Shown one piece after another: positions 1-8,965 of a stretch of DNA of 32,000 nucleotides. The translations under genes were made by a program, and so were the position numbers. Position 1 is the first letter of the stretch. Each line of letters starts with the position of its first letter. The notes under the pieces were generated by a model that saw only the letters and a list, made by a program, of their open reading frames with translations, was not told the origin of the DNA and searched no databases. Origin of the DNA: Candidatus Nanoarchaeia archaeon (GTDB taxonomy: Archaea; Nanobdellota; Nanobdellia; Woesearchaeales; JANQNC01); assembly GCA_028279745.1 (NCBI GenBank), contig JANQNC010000001.1:810001-842000 (forward strand). The letters run 5' to 3'.

Positions 1-2
1 TT

Positions 3-632
3 AGTCAGTTAGGAGCATCAACACACCAGCCACTGTGGGCATTATTCCAACAAAGCATACCTGGATTGACAGAACAACAGATAGCAGGGTTAGCAGCAAT
101 GTACATATTGAATACTGCAGCACTTGTATTTCTTTTAGTAATGCCGATCTATTTCTGGTATGAGTTGTACAAAGGAAAACATATAGCATTCAAAGAACAC
201 TGGATAGCTCTATTCGCAACAGCGGTTGTAGTGCTAATACAAAAACCAATATTTGGTTTTGGACAGATAACACAGAAAAACTTGGCAGGTGTTGATATAA
301 CATCAAACATAATATCAATATCAGGAATGTGGCAAGTACTAAAGTTAGCAGCAATAGTTGGAATAGGTGTATTTGTACTTTCGTTCTTCTTAAGAAAATT
401 ATTGGAAATATTGATGATGGTAGTAATACAGGGGGTATTTGGGTATTATGTATATCTTTATTTCATTAACTTAACAGGATACTTCATAGACTCAATTATA
501 ATATTATTAGGAACACCACACAAATTTATAGCAGTATTTCTGTTCTTATTCTTCATGATGACAATAATATTCTATGTTGGGGGATTCTTTATTTTCTTAA
601 TCTCAACAGTAAAATCATACTTTAAAATCTGA
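3..632 (+). CDS. polytopic membrane protein, function unknown (probably 5'-truncated by the window edge)
   Basis: The frame is open from nt 3. The track start at 66 is a TTG and the first ATG is at 99. The first 65 nt are not AT-rich and show no TATA or SD, so the gene likely begins upstream. There are several long hydrophobic segments (AALVFLLVMPIYFW, IVGIGVFVLSFFL, FIAVFLFLFFMMTIIFYVGGFFIFLI). No family motif recognised. Confidence 0.5.
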   Translation, partial: SQLGASTHQPLWALFQQSIPGLTEQQIAGLAAMYILNTAALVFLLVMPIYFWYELYKGKHIAFKEHWIALFATAVVVLIQKPIFGFGQITQKNLAGVDITSNIISISGMWQVLKLAAIVGIGVFVLSFFLRKLLEILMMVVIQGVFGYYVYLYFINLTGYFIDSIIILLGTPHKFIAVFLFLFFMMTIIFYVGGFFIFLISTVKSYFKI

Positions 633-1088
633 ATCGTCTTCTAAATCATCAAATACTTTATTTACGATGTCCCCATCATAACCACGCATCTCAAGATTAC
701 TTCTGATACTTTCTTCAGTGTCGCCTTGAATTAATTGGTTAACTACAAAACGTTCAACAACATCCTCATCAGTCTCTTCATCAATCTCTTCTTTACTTTT
801 AACATCTAAACTTTTACCAAACTGTGAGAAAAAAAGTAGAACAAAAATAACAAAAGGGATAACTAACAAAGGTGCAGTGATTGCAACCCTCTTATCTTGC
901 ATAATTCCTGTAGCGTAACCTGTGATTGAATTAGTGGGGTGAGGTTCAGTGTCGTTATGATGTTCTAGTTCGTATGAAAGGTCTACTTTAGTATGAACTT
1001 CATCAAAATGCCACATCAACAAAGGCGCAGAACAGATAGGAATACTTAATATGAATAGTAATGCAAAGAGTATAATGTTTAACTTCAT
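615..1088 (-). CDS. membrane-anchored protein with N-terminal signal/TM, second TM and acidic cytoplasmic tail
   Basis: Start moved to MKLNIILFALLFILSIPICS (ATG 1088). AAAGGTTTATAAA (minus strand, 1111-1123) lies about 27 nt upstream, and the longer track start (1145) would run into the SRP RNA. A second TM is APLLVIPFVIFVLLFF. The tail VERFVVNQLIQGDTEESIRSNLEMRGYDGDIVNKVF resembles the tail repeats of the 703-aa protein at 30751-31020. Confidence 0.6.
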   Translation of the reverse strand: MKLNIILFALLFILSIPICSAPLLMWHFDEVHTKVDLSYELEHHNDTEPHPTNSITGYATGIMQDKRVAITAPLLVIPFVIFVLLFFSQFGKSLDVKSKEEIDEETDEDVVERFVVNQLIQGDTEESIRSNLEMRGYDGDIVNKVFDDLEDDSDFKV

Positions 1089-1110
1089 ACTAATTTCTTT
1101 AATTATTTTT

Positions 1111-1123
1111 TTTATAAACCTTT
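1111..1123 (-). promoter_or_regulatory. BRE/TATA box for the 615-1088 gene
   Basis: The minus strand reads AAAGGTTTATAAA, centred about 27 nt upstream of ATG 1088. This is leaderless geometry. Confidence 0.5.
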
Positions 1124-1129
1124 GTATAA

Positions 1130-1415
1130 GAAAGTGGACAAGCACATAAGACTCGACATACAGCTAATGCACTAGCTACCTTAGAATATCCTCAGTTCCG
1201 CTACCCTGACAGCATCAGTACAAAAAGTTAGGGCTGCTCCATTCCTGGCCTGACCCGGTTCCTTGAAGTACCGATCCGACAGGACAGAACGTCAACGTCC
1301 ATCCTAAGACCAGCACACCAAAAGCATACCTTATCTTATGCATCAACTCTGCCATGAAGCCCATTTGCAGTAACAAGGAAGGGCTACGTCCCCAGTCTAG
1401 CTTGTCCGAGTTCCT
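1130..1415 (-). ncRNA. signal recognition particle RNA (archaeal 7S/SRP RNA)
   Basis: A GC-enriched, ORF-free island in an AT-rich context. Minus strand 1258-1227 reads CCGGGUCAGGCCAGGAAUGGAGCAGCCCUAAC, matching the conserved SRP helix-8 core (compare E. coli 4.5S GGUCAGGUCCGGAAGGAAGCAGCC). A terminal helix forms between GGACAAGC (RNA 5' end, complement of 1400-1407) and GCUUGUCC (RNA 3' end, complement of 1136-1143). An A/T-rich TATA-like stretch (TTTTTAAAAAA on the minus strand) lies just upstream. Ends are approximate. Confidence 0.75.
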
Positions 1416-1480
1416 AGAAGAAGGCCTTTTTTAAAAATGTTATCCTTTTTCATCACCAAATGGATAAAATAAACCCCCAG

Positions 1481-1493
1481 AAAGGTTTATATA
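1481..1493 (+). promoter_or_regulatory. BRE/TATA box for the MBL-fold gene
   Basis: AAAGGTTTATATA, with the TATA centre about 26 nt before ATG 1516 (leaderless). Confidence 0.5.
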
Positions 1494-1515
1494 ATTAGTA
1501 ACCACCTTTTAAGTT

Positions 1516-2352
1516 ATGGTTGATAGAATACTGTTCTTAGGAACTGCAGGATCAAAAGAAGCAGTTGGGAAACAACTAAAAGGATCTGGTGGAATAGTAA
1601 TAGAATCAGGAATGAACCAGTTTATGATAGACCCGGGACCGGGTTGTTTAGCTAAAGCAAGATCATTTGGAATAAACCCAAGAGCAAATACAGCAATAAT
1701 CGTAACTCACACACATCTGGGTCACTGCAATGACTTGAATGCGTTAATTGATGCAACAACATTAGGTGGAGAAGATAGACATGCAGTACTATTATGTTCA
1801 AAATCTGTTATTGAAGGCACAGAAAACTTGAAACCTTTGCTTTTGGAGGAGTATAAAGAACAACTAGAAAGAGCTATCGTTTTAGAACCTGGAAAAAAGG
1901 TTGGGATAAATGAAGTAGAGATAGTATCAACAAAAACGAAACATTCAGATGAGACCTGCATAGGGTTTAAGGTATATGCTCAGAATTATACTATAGGGTA
2001 CACTTCTGATACCCAATTTTTGAAAGAAGTAGCAGAACAGTACAATGATGTTGACGTTCTTATAGTAAATATGAAAGAGCCTTTGATGGGAAAAAACAAA
2101 GATTGCTTGAATGGTGAAGATGTTGTTAAGATTCTTGAGGTTATTGAACCAAAGTTAACTGTTCTTACTCATTTTGGAACAAAAGTTCTTATGGATCCAA
2201 TACAACAAGCAAGAGAAATCCAAAGATCAACAAAGTGTCAAGTTGTAGCTGCAAAAGATGGGATGGCTATAAATCCAACTGGATTTGCTAGATCAATGAG
2301 ACAGCAGAAGTTGAAACAGTTTAGTGAAGAAACTGAAGAAGGAAGTGAATAG
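1516..2352 (+). CDS. metallo-beta-lactamase-fold hydrolase
   Basis: N-terminal LFLGTAGS...GG beta-strand start and an HTHLGHCND motif, a variant of HxHxDH with Gly at the Asp position. Later His and Asp residues are spaced as in the MBL fold. 278 aa with a leaderless promoter. Confidence 0.6.
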   Translation: MVDRILFLGTAGSKEAVGKQLKGSGGIVIESGMNQFMIDPGPGCLAKARSFGINPRANTAIIVTHTHLGHCNDLNALIDATTLGGEDRHAVLLCSKSVIEGTENLKPLLLEEYKEQLERAIVLEPGKKVGINEVEIVSTKTKHSDETCIGFKVYAQNYTIGYTSDTQFLKEVAEQYNDVDVLIVNMKEPLMGKNKDCLNGEDVVKILEVIEPKLTVLTHFGTKVLMDPIQQAREIQRSTKCQVVAAKDGMAINPTGFARSMRQQKLKQFSEETEEGSE

Positions 2353-2354
2353 TT

Positions 2355-3224
2355 TTATCTAGTACTTGTCAGGTAAGCTAGATAATCTTTTTTTGTATCA
2401 ATATCTTTTGTGAATACTGCATAGTTAGGATTGTTTAATTCAACCAGCTTTACGTCTTCACCATTTAGTTCGGAACCGATCTCTTCTAAGTTAGTTATAG
2501 ATAATTTTGAATTGCAGTATTTTAAGAAGATTTTTGGAAAAATTGAGGGCAGATATTTTAGTGCATTTAACTTTCCTTTAAGACTTCTAACCATCCTTAT
2601 GTTATAAAACACTCTCACAAACTCAGGGTTTATTTTGGTCGTATCTGCGATAACAAAGTCTAGAGCTTTGTAATTCTTGAAACTTCCATTATTTCTAAGT
2701 TTAGCGAAAAAAGGTCTTTCCCACGTGCCACTGTATTTTTCAAAGAATTCTTTAGTTATTACAGGAAAAAAGATGCTGTTTTCGTAACTTTGGTTAGCTA
2801 ATATATCATTTGCTGCAGAATCTATGGAATATCCATTTACATAGGGAAGGTCTGGAAGAAGTATAAAACAATATCCTGGATGCTTAACGTTTTCAGAACC
2901 TTTAGATATGGTTTCACCAATATGTCCTTCAGCTTCTATAATCGAAAAAGGTTTACCATTTGAATGCTTCAGAGCAAGTTTTTCCAATTCTTCGCACTGA
3001 TCAGGATTAGAAACAATAACCACATCACTTATAGTCTCAGCTTCAGACATAGCTTTTATTGACGAAGAGATTAAAGGCTCCCCGTTTAATAATCTAATAT
3101 CTGGAGAAAGAATCTTGTGCCGCATAAGATATTTATTTCCACCATAAAATGGAATATCGATTATATCAATCATTCCTTTTTTGTTTTCACCATCAGAAGC
3201 AACAATCATACCACTAATCTTCAT
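2355..3224 (-). CDS. putative MobA-like/GT-A nucleotidyltransferase-fold protein
   Basis: Start set at MKISGMIVASDG (ATG 3224) to avoid overlap with the upstream gene's end. The N-terminal beta-strand plus Gly-containing loop, LNGEPLI, VVIVSN and LLPDLPYV resemble the NTP_transf_3 layout (LAGGxxxR / GxPLI / gDxP), but the G-loop is degenerate. The functional call is weak. Confidence 0.45.
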   Translation of the reverse strand: MKISGMIVASDGENKKGMIDIIDIPFYGGNKYLMRHKILSPDIRLLNGEPLISSSIKAMSEAETISDVVIVSNPDQCEELEKLALKHSNGKPFSIIEAEGHIGETISKGSENVKHPGYCFILLPDLPYVNGYSIDSAANDILANQSYENSIFFPVITKEFFEKYSGTWERPFFAKLRNNGSFKNYKALDFVIADTTKINPEFVRVFYNIRMVRSLKGKLNALKYLPSIFPKIFLKYCNSKLSITNLEEIGSELNGEDVKLVELNNPNYAVFTKDIDTKKDYLAYLTSTR

Positions 3225-3267
3225 ACTATGTGGTAATGGTCTGTTATTTATTAAATCTTTCAAAAAT

Positions 3268-4155
3268 TTAGAATAACAAACTGACCAAGAAACCAACTAA
3301 ACATCCTGTGGTTAAGAAAGGCATTGCAGGATAGAACTTATCCTTCTTACTTAAGAATAACAAGAAACCTAAAGCAGCAGTTGAGAAAATAGGGACAATC
3401 ATAGCGTTAACAAATCCTACTGTGTAAAGAACTGTGCCTGTGAATAATAAACAGAAGCCGATATCTCCACCACCAAGTACTGCGTTCTTAACAGCTTTCT
3501 TTTTAACTTTAGCACCCTTAGGAATTTTCTTAGGGAGTTCATAAGGAACAAATAAGCCAGCAAAAACCTTACTCTTAGATTGGGCCTTAGCCAACTTAAT
3601 CATGTGCTTAGATTTCCAAACCGCCCAAGCGTCATAGATTGAGATTAGTACTAGTAGTCCGAATGCTGAAAATAAACTCATAACTGGAACGAATATGGCA
3701 GCAATCCCGCCATAAACAAATAACTCAGTTAAATTATGAACAATAAAGTTTCTTTTGAAAACCTTGAAGTAACCTAAAATTACTGCAATGATAAAACCTA
3801 CAACTGATATGATCTCTTCAGTAATTAAAGGAAGTATAAATCTAAGGATTGGTGCAAAAGCAATAGTCAAAGCTAATGAAACTGCTAAAAAGAACCAAAC
3901 TCTCCAAAGATTCCATACTTTAAAGAAAATAAGCAGGAATGCGATACCTGTTCCAATCAATATTGCCATAACAATATATACAAAAGAAACGTTTGCATCG
4001 ACTTCAGGTCTTTCTAACTCAACACCTGCCACAAAGATGGGTTCGAAGTTGCCTTCTGCAGCATTAAAATAAGAATTAATGATGAATAATCCAATAAATT
4101 GTGAAAGTAAAAATAGTATAATCAGAATTACAGATACATTAATCTTATGCTTCAT
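3268..4155 (-). CDS. presenilin/signal-peptide-peptidase-like intramembrane aspartyl protease (A22 family)
   Basis: About 8-9 TM segments. Catalytic motifs are YD (SIYDAWAVW) and GxGD (LGGGDIGF), with a C-terminal PAL-like PAMPF. Confidence 0.75.
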   Translation of the reverse strand: MKHKINVSVILIILFLLSQFIGLFIINSYFNAAEGNFEPIFVAGVELERPEVDANVSFVYIVMAILIGTGIAFLLIFFKVWNLWRVWFFLAVSLALTIAFAPILRFILPLITEEIISVVGFIIAVILGYFKVFKRNFIVHNLTELFVYGGIAAIFVPVMSLFSAFGLLVLISIYDAWAVWKSKHMIKLAKAQSKSKVFAGLFVPYELPKKIPKGAKVKKKAVKNAVLGGGDIGFCLLFTGTVLYTVGFVNAMIVPIFSTAALGFLLFLSKKDKFYPAMPFLTTGCLVGFLVSLLF

Positions 4156-4176
4156 AATATATCAGTTCCAAAAGCA

Positions 4177-4188
4177 TTATATAAACCC
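4177..4188 (-). promoter_or_regulatory. BRE/TATA box for the presenilin-like gene
   Basis: The minus strand reads GGGTTTATATAA, about 26 nt upstream of ATG 4155. Confidence 0.45.
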
Positions 4189-4234
4189 TTCGATTTAGGA
4201 AATCTTTAAATAAAGAAAAAAGGTAAGGGGTAAT

Positions 4235-5338
4235 ATGAATCAAGTAACACCTTGGGAAGTAAAAGGCGATATAGATTATGACAAACTAATCAAAGAGTTT
4301 GGGATAAAAGAACTGAAAGAACTTCCTAAAGAATTTAATGATAATGTATTGTTTAGAAGAAAAAAAATATTTGCGCATAGAGATATGCAAAGAATACTAG
4401 AAGCAATAAGAGACAAAAAACCCTTTGCAATGATGACTGGGTTAATGCCAACAGGAAAATTCCACATAGGTCATGCAATACTAGCACAACAGATGATATT
4501 CTATCAAAAACTAGGTGCTAAAGTGTACATAGCAGTAGCTGATGTTGAGGCTTATCATGCAAGAGGACAAAGCCTTGAGGAAAGTAAGAAGATTGCGATA
4601 GAAGAATACATAACAAACTATATTGCAATGGGGCTAGATGTAAAAAAATGTGAACTTTATTTCCAAAGCAACAGATCCAATGATTCAAAAAAATCAAACG
4701 CATTCTATAGGTTGCAGAACTTGTTGGCAGGACACGTTACGTTCAATGAATTCAAAGCAGTGTATGGAGAAATAACTCCTGGAAAAATGCTTTCAGGATT
4801 AATGCAAGCAGCAGACATGCTACACGCACAACTGCCAGAGTTTGAAGGAACAATGCCAGTAATCGTTCCAGTAGGAGTAGACCAAGACCCACACTTAAGA
4901 TTAGCAAGAGATATGACAAAAAGAATAAAAGCATACAAATTTGTACAACTAAGCTCAACATACCATGTATTCGTACCTGGATTAAATGGGGGAAAGATGA
5001 GTGCATCAGATCCTAATTCCTATATTGCTTTGACAGATGATGCGAAAACAATAAAGAAAAAAGTGAACAAGTATGCGTTTAGCGGTGGAAAAGAGACTGT
5101 GGAAGAACACAGAGAGAAAGGGGGAGACCCTGACATAGATGTCAGTTATCAATGGTTAACCTTCTTTGAAGAAGACGATGATAAACTGAAAGAGATTTAT
5201 GACAAGTACAAAGCAGGAGATTTACTGTCAGGTGAGTTGAAAGCGATACTTATCGAGAAGCTAACTGAAACTATTGGTGGTTATCAATCAAAACGGACAG
5301 AAGCACAAAAAACAGCAGAAAAATTATTCAAAATTTAA
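4235..5338 (+). CDS. trpS: tryptophan--tRNA ligase (archaeal/eukaryotic type)
   Basis: N-terminal TPWEVKGDIDYDKLIKEFG, characteristic of archaeal/eukaryotic TrpRS. HIGH motif (KFHIGHA) and KMSKS variant (KMSAS). 367 aa. Confidence 0.9.
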   Translation: MNQVTPWEVKGDIDYDKLIKEFGIKELKELPKEFNDNVLFRRKKIFAHRDMQRILEAIRDKKPFAMMTGLMPTGKFHIGHAILAQQMIFYQKLGAKVYIAVADVEAYHARGQSLEESKKIAIEEYITNYIAMGLDVKKCELYFQSNRSNDSKKSNAFYRLQNLLAGHVTFNEFKAVYGEITPGKMLSGLMQAADMLHAQLPEFEGTMPVIVPVGVDQDPHLRLARDMTKRIKAYKFVQLSSTYHVFVPGLNGGKMSASDPNSYIALTDDAKTIKKKVNKYAFSGGKETVEEHREKGGDPDIDVSYQWLTFFEEDDDKLKEIYDKYKAGDLLSGELKAILIEKLTETIGGYQSKRTEAQKTAEKLFKI

Positions 5339-5684
5339 ACTTATTTTTCTTTTTCTTAGCAAGATACTCATCAACATCTTCTATAGTTCTAAATAAAATC
5401 TTATAGAATTTACCTTCCCCATTCTTAATACACCCATCAGGATCGTGTTTGTGACACATAGTGGGTCGTTTATCATATATTTTACATCTGTTTTTTTCAT
5501 CAAGCTGATCACAGGGTGTGTGGAATTCAATCAGCCAGTCATCTTCATTATCTAGGTATACAATTATGTTTTTGTGAGCAACCTGCCACCTAATATCTTC
5601 CCAATCTTCTTTAGTGGTAGGTTCATCAATCTCAATCGCAACTGCTTTACAACAAGCAGCATCGCATTCTTCACATGTAATCAT
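5328..5684 (-). CDS. YkgJ-family CxxCxxCC cysteine-cluster (zinc/iron-chelating) protein
   Basis: CEECDAACC at the N-terminus, then C...NRCKIYDKRPTMC, the typical UPF0153/YkgJ pattern. Its 3' end overlaps convergent trpS by 11 nt. Confidence 0.65.
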   Translation of the reverse strand: MITCEECDAACCKAVAIEIDEPTTKEDWEDIRWQVAHKNIIVYLDNEDDWLIEFHTPCDQLDEKNRCKIYDKRPTMCHKHDPDGCIKNGEGKFYKILFRTIEDVDEYLAKKKKNKFKF

Positions 5685-5720
5685 TTTAACAGAAAAAGTT
5701 TTTAGGTAGTATAAAAACGT

Positions 5721-6020
5721 TTACTTTTTGAACAAAGCATCAAATTTTTCTTTAGCCTTTCTTTCTTTATGGTAAACAGAATGGGATGCTCTTTTTTCAA
5801 ATAGGGCAACACCTGCATTAACGATGTTAGTATCATTACCCAACAAACCTTTTTTCATCAGCAATGATTTAGCATCTTCTAAACATTGGTTTAATAGCGC
5901 TAGATTTTCCATTCTAGCAGTATTATCAATGTCTTTTTCTTCTTCATCAGTTAAAGTGATCTCTTCCCACTCAGGATAGCCCGTATCTTTTTTCTTAGGA
6001 AACGATTTTGAGAAAGTCAT
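5721..6020 (-). CDS. hypothetical 99-aa protein, translationally coupled to the HerA-like ATPase
   Basis: ATGA stop/start overlap with the upstream ATPase (6017-6020). Charged, predicted helical, no motif recognised. Confidence 0.5.
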   Translation of the reverse strand: MTFSKSFPKKKDTGYPEWEEITLTDEEEKDIDNTARMENLALLNQCLEDAKSLLMKKGLLGNDTNIVNAGVALFEKRASHSVYHKERKAKEKFDALFKK

Positions 6021-7345
6021 TCTTCATCAATACCCTTCTTTTTAGGATGGACAGCTGTTGGAGATTCTCCTCCATGCCAGGTAAACCTAGGACGCATCCT
6101 CATAGGAAACATTCTTTCGTTACTATCATCTAAAATGATAGCTGCACCCATAACTCTTGGTAGTTGATTAAGGAAAGTGTCAAGACCTTCCCTCATATAA
6201 GATTGCATCATAGTACCAAGAGCATCAGTATCCATCTTAGCAGTAATCCTGTGAGAAATTAAAGTATCTGACTGAGTCATAACATCTGTGTGAATCTTAC
6301 CTGGCTGTTGAGTTGCCAATATTAACGAAATTCCTGGCTGTCTACCTTCTCTCAATATTGTAACTAATGCATCGGTTGCAGAAGTCTTACCTTCTCTAGG
6401 AAGGAACTCGTGAGCTTCATCAATAACCAACCAAACTAAAGGCATCTCTTGTTTCTTCTTTTCTTCTTCACCAAAATAATGGACTGTTTCATGAATCTGT
6501 TGGTATTCCTCATTCTTCCTAGCAATCATCCGTTCAATGAATAAATTCTGTGCAATCAACCCAATAGCTAATGATTTAATGTGCCAACCACCGCCAGGCA
6601 TAGTAGCATAACAGCTAACATCCAAAACAGTGATGGTGCCTCCCTTAGCTAACTCTTTTAATGGAGTTCCTTCTTCAGAAAACAAACCCCACTCTTCACA
6701 ATTTAAGAATCTATTTTCAACAGCATCCTTAGTATTTTGATCAGCTCGTTTATCAGTCTTAACAGCTTCGATAATATCATCAATACTGAAATCACCTTTT
6801 GTCTTTTTTAGTTGGGTAACTATTCTTTCAATCAAAACACCAAAAGAACTAGTCTTATCAATACCAAAACTCATACACCATTGATCAGGATTAAGTTCAG
6901 AAGGTTTGATGCTAAACGGGTGGTCTGTAGGAATACCTTGTTCTTTGTAAGTTTTGTGATAAGCAGCAGGTGTGTAGATTTGAACATCCAGACCTTTACC
7001 TTCAAGACCCCATTGAGACAATAAAATATCGTCTTTTTTATTTGGATACTTCATAGTCCAATAAATACCCATCGTGTCTAGCAATATGATTGAGAGATTT
7101 TGAGAAATTTCCTTGGGCATATCAGCCAAGCCTTCAGCAATAACCCCCATAGTATAAGATTTACCTGCACCTCTTTTACCGCAAATGTAAACAACGTGGG
7201 CTCTAGCTATGTCAAGATAGATCCTATTTGATAAAGAAGTGGTTTGACCCATTGTTACATACTGCTTACCTATTAAGATGGTGCCAAGCATGCCAAACTT
7301 TTTTCTATCAGATTCATTCCTGCCAATAACAATATCATAAGCCAT
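6017..7345 (-). CDS. HerA/FtsK-superfamily (DUF87-like) P-loop ATPase
   Basis: Walker A is CGKRGAGKS and Walker B is LVWLVIDEAHEF. An arginine-finger-like region is REGRQPGISLILATQQP. Start set at MAYDIVIG (ATG 7345) because a TATA-like TTTTTAAAT on the minus strand lies about 25-30 nt upstream. The track start at 7402 would cross the divergent promoter. Confidence 0.75.
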   Translation of the reverse strand: MAYDIVIGRNESDRKKFGMLGTILIGKQYVTMGQTTSLSNRIYLDIARAHVVYICGKRGAGKSYTMGVIAEGLADMPKEISQNLSIILLDTMGIYWTMKYPNKKDDILLSQWGLEGKGLDVQIYTPAAYHKTYKEQGIPTDHPFSIKPSELNPDQWCMSFGIDKTSSFGVLIERIVTQLKKTKGDFSIDDIIEAVKTDKRADQNTKDAVENRFLNCEEWGLFSEEGTPLKELAKGGTITVLDVSCYATMPGGGWHIKSLAIGLIAQNLFIERMIARKNEEYQQIHETVHYFGEEEKKKQEMPLVWLVIDEAHEFLPREGKTSATDALVTILREGRQPGISLILATQQPGKIHTDVMTQSDTLISHRITAKMDTDALGTMMQSYMREGLDTFLNQLPRVMGAAIILDDSNERMFPMRMRPRFTWHGGESPTAVHPKKKGIDEE

Positions 7346-7437
7346 ACATTTTAACTGAAAATTCTGATTTAAAAACTTATCTGAAATATGGTGGATATAC
7401 AAAACTTTTTAAAGTAAGAAATGAAAGTATAACTTTA

Positions 7438-8457
7438 ATGGTAAAGAAAAAAGTAAAGAAGAAAGCTACAAAGAAAAAGACAAAAAAATCTTCTGTACAC
7501 AAAAAAAGAAAAGCAGTAGCTAAACAAGTAAAAGAAGTACAAGAAATAAGAAAGAAAATAAAAAGTTTACACACAGTAATAACTGCAGCAGTAGTTCTTT
7601 TAGTGTTCGCATTCATACTTTTATTGACACAACCAGTTTCACAAGGCAAAGTTGCAGCAGTTGTAAATGGAGATGAAATAACTGTTGACGAAATCGATCA
7701 GATGTATAACCAAATCCCTGAACAGTATAGAAGTCTTATTACTGAAGAGCAAGTGTTGAACCAGTTAATAGATGAAACTTTACTTGTGCAGAAGGCAAGA
7801 GAGTTGGGTCTTGGGGTATCACAAGATGAAGTGCAAAGTGCAATCAGTGATGCAATAAGCTCAACAGGAATGTCACAAGCACAATATGATGCATATTTAG
7901 TTGAGATAGGACTAACAAGAGAAGACATGTATGAATATTATGAGAAACAAATTATATTATATCAGAAGTTACCTAAACAAGTTGTGGGAGAAATTGTAAT
8001 AACTGAAGAAGAGATAGATAAATATCTAGAAGAAAGCCCACTAGCAAATCACACATTAGACATGAGAGGAGTAGTTAGAGGGTTCTTAGAAGCACAACAG
8101 GAAAAAGTATTGTTCATGCAGTATCTAGCAGATGTTAAAGAAAGTGCAGAAATAGAAATATTCTATGGTTCAGAAAGCGTAACTGGACAAGCAGTAAATG
8201 AAAAGTGCAGCGCTAAATATGTTGAAGAAGAAGTAATATTCTATTCTGAAGACTGGTGTCCTAGTTGCAATAAGATCAAACCTTTATTAGAAGATTACAA
8301 TGTTGCTTATGTTAGTTCTGATAGTCCAGTTATGAAGAACTGTTACTCAAATAAGATTGAAGAAGGGATGCCTCAACTAATATGCACAAACAACTGGAAA
8401 AGATTAACAGGAGATGTGACAAGCGAAGAGGTAAAAGAATTTATTTCTAAATGCTAA
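7438..8457 (+). CDS. membrane-anchored SurA-N-like chaperone domain fused to a glutaredoxin/thioredoxin-like CxxC domain
   Basis: Lys-rich N-tail, then one TM (VITAAVVLLVFAFILLL). AAVVNGDEITVDEIDQ...QLIDETLLVQKA resembles the SurA N-terminal domain, and no rotamase motif is seen. The C-terminal VIFYSEDWCPSCNKIKPLL looks like a Grx/NrdH-type fold. Confidence 0.55.
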   Translation: MVKKKVKKKATKKKTKKSSVHKKRKAVAKQVKEVQEIRKKIKSLHTVITAAVVLLVFAFILLLTQPVSQGKVAAVVNGDEITVDEIDQMYNQIPEQYRSLITEEQVLNQLIDETLLVQKARELGLGVSQDEVQSAISDAISSTGMSQAQYDAYLVEIGLTREDMYEYYEKQIILYQKLPKQVVGEIVITEEEIDKYLEESPLANHTLDMRGVVRGFLEAQQEKVLFMQYLADVKESAEIEIFYGSESVTGQAVNEKCSAKYVEEEVIFYSEDWCPSCNKIKPLLEDYNVAYVSSDSPVMKNCYSNKIEEGMPQLICTNNWKRLTGDVTSEEVKEFISKC

Positions 8458-8458
8458 A

Positions 8459-8965
8459 ATGACAAAAGTAGTAATGATCGTAGCAGCAGAAGGATTCAGA
8501 GATGAAGAATTATTTGACACACAAGCAGTGTTAGAAAATAATGGTGTTGATGTAGACACAGCTTCAGTAGGTGTGAAAGAAGCAAAAGGAAAACTTGGCG
8601 GTGTTGCGAAAGTAGACTTAGAGGTTGCAGCAGTAGACGCAAAAGACTATGATGGGATTGTTTTTGTAAGCGGGCCAGGATGCACAATGTATTTTGAAGA
8701 TCCAACCGCACACGAGTTAGCAAATGAGTTTTTCACATCAGGAAAAGTGGTTGCTTCAATATGCATGGCAGGATCAATACTGGCAAATTCTGATATCTTA
8801 GTGGGTAGAAAAGCAACAGCTTACTCTTCTGAAAAGCAGAACCTAATAGATAGAGGGGCAGAGTTTACAGGAGACTCAGTAACGGTAGATGGAAACATAA
8901 TTACAGGAAACGGACCTGATGCAGCAAAAGAATTTGGAGAGAAAATAGTGGAGGCACTAAAATGA
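8459..8965 (+). CDS. DJ-1/PfpI family protein
   Basis: Class I glutamine-amidotransferase-like layout. The nucleophile-elbow Cys lies in VVASICMAGSILA, and GDSVTVDGNIITGNGP is at the C-terminus. Confidence 0.8.
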   Translation: MTKVVMIVAAEGFRDEELFDTQAVLENNGVDVDTASVGVKEAKGKLGGVAKVDLEVAAVDAKDYDGIVFVSGPGCTMYFEDPTAHELANEFFTSGKVVASICMAGSILANSDILVGRKATAYSSEKQNLIDRGAEFTGDSVTVDGNIITGNGPDAAKEFGEKIVEALK

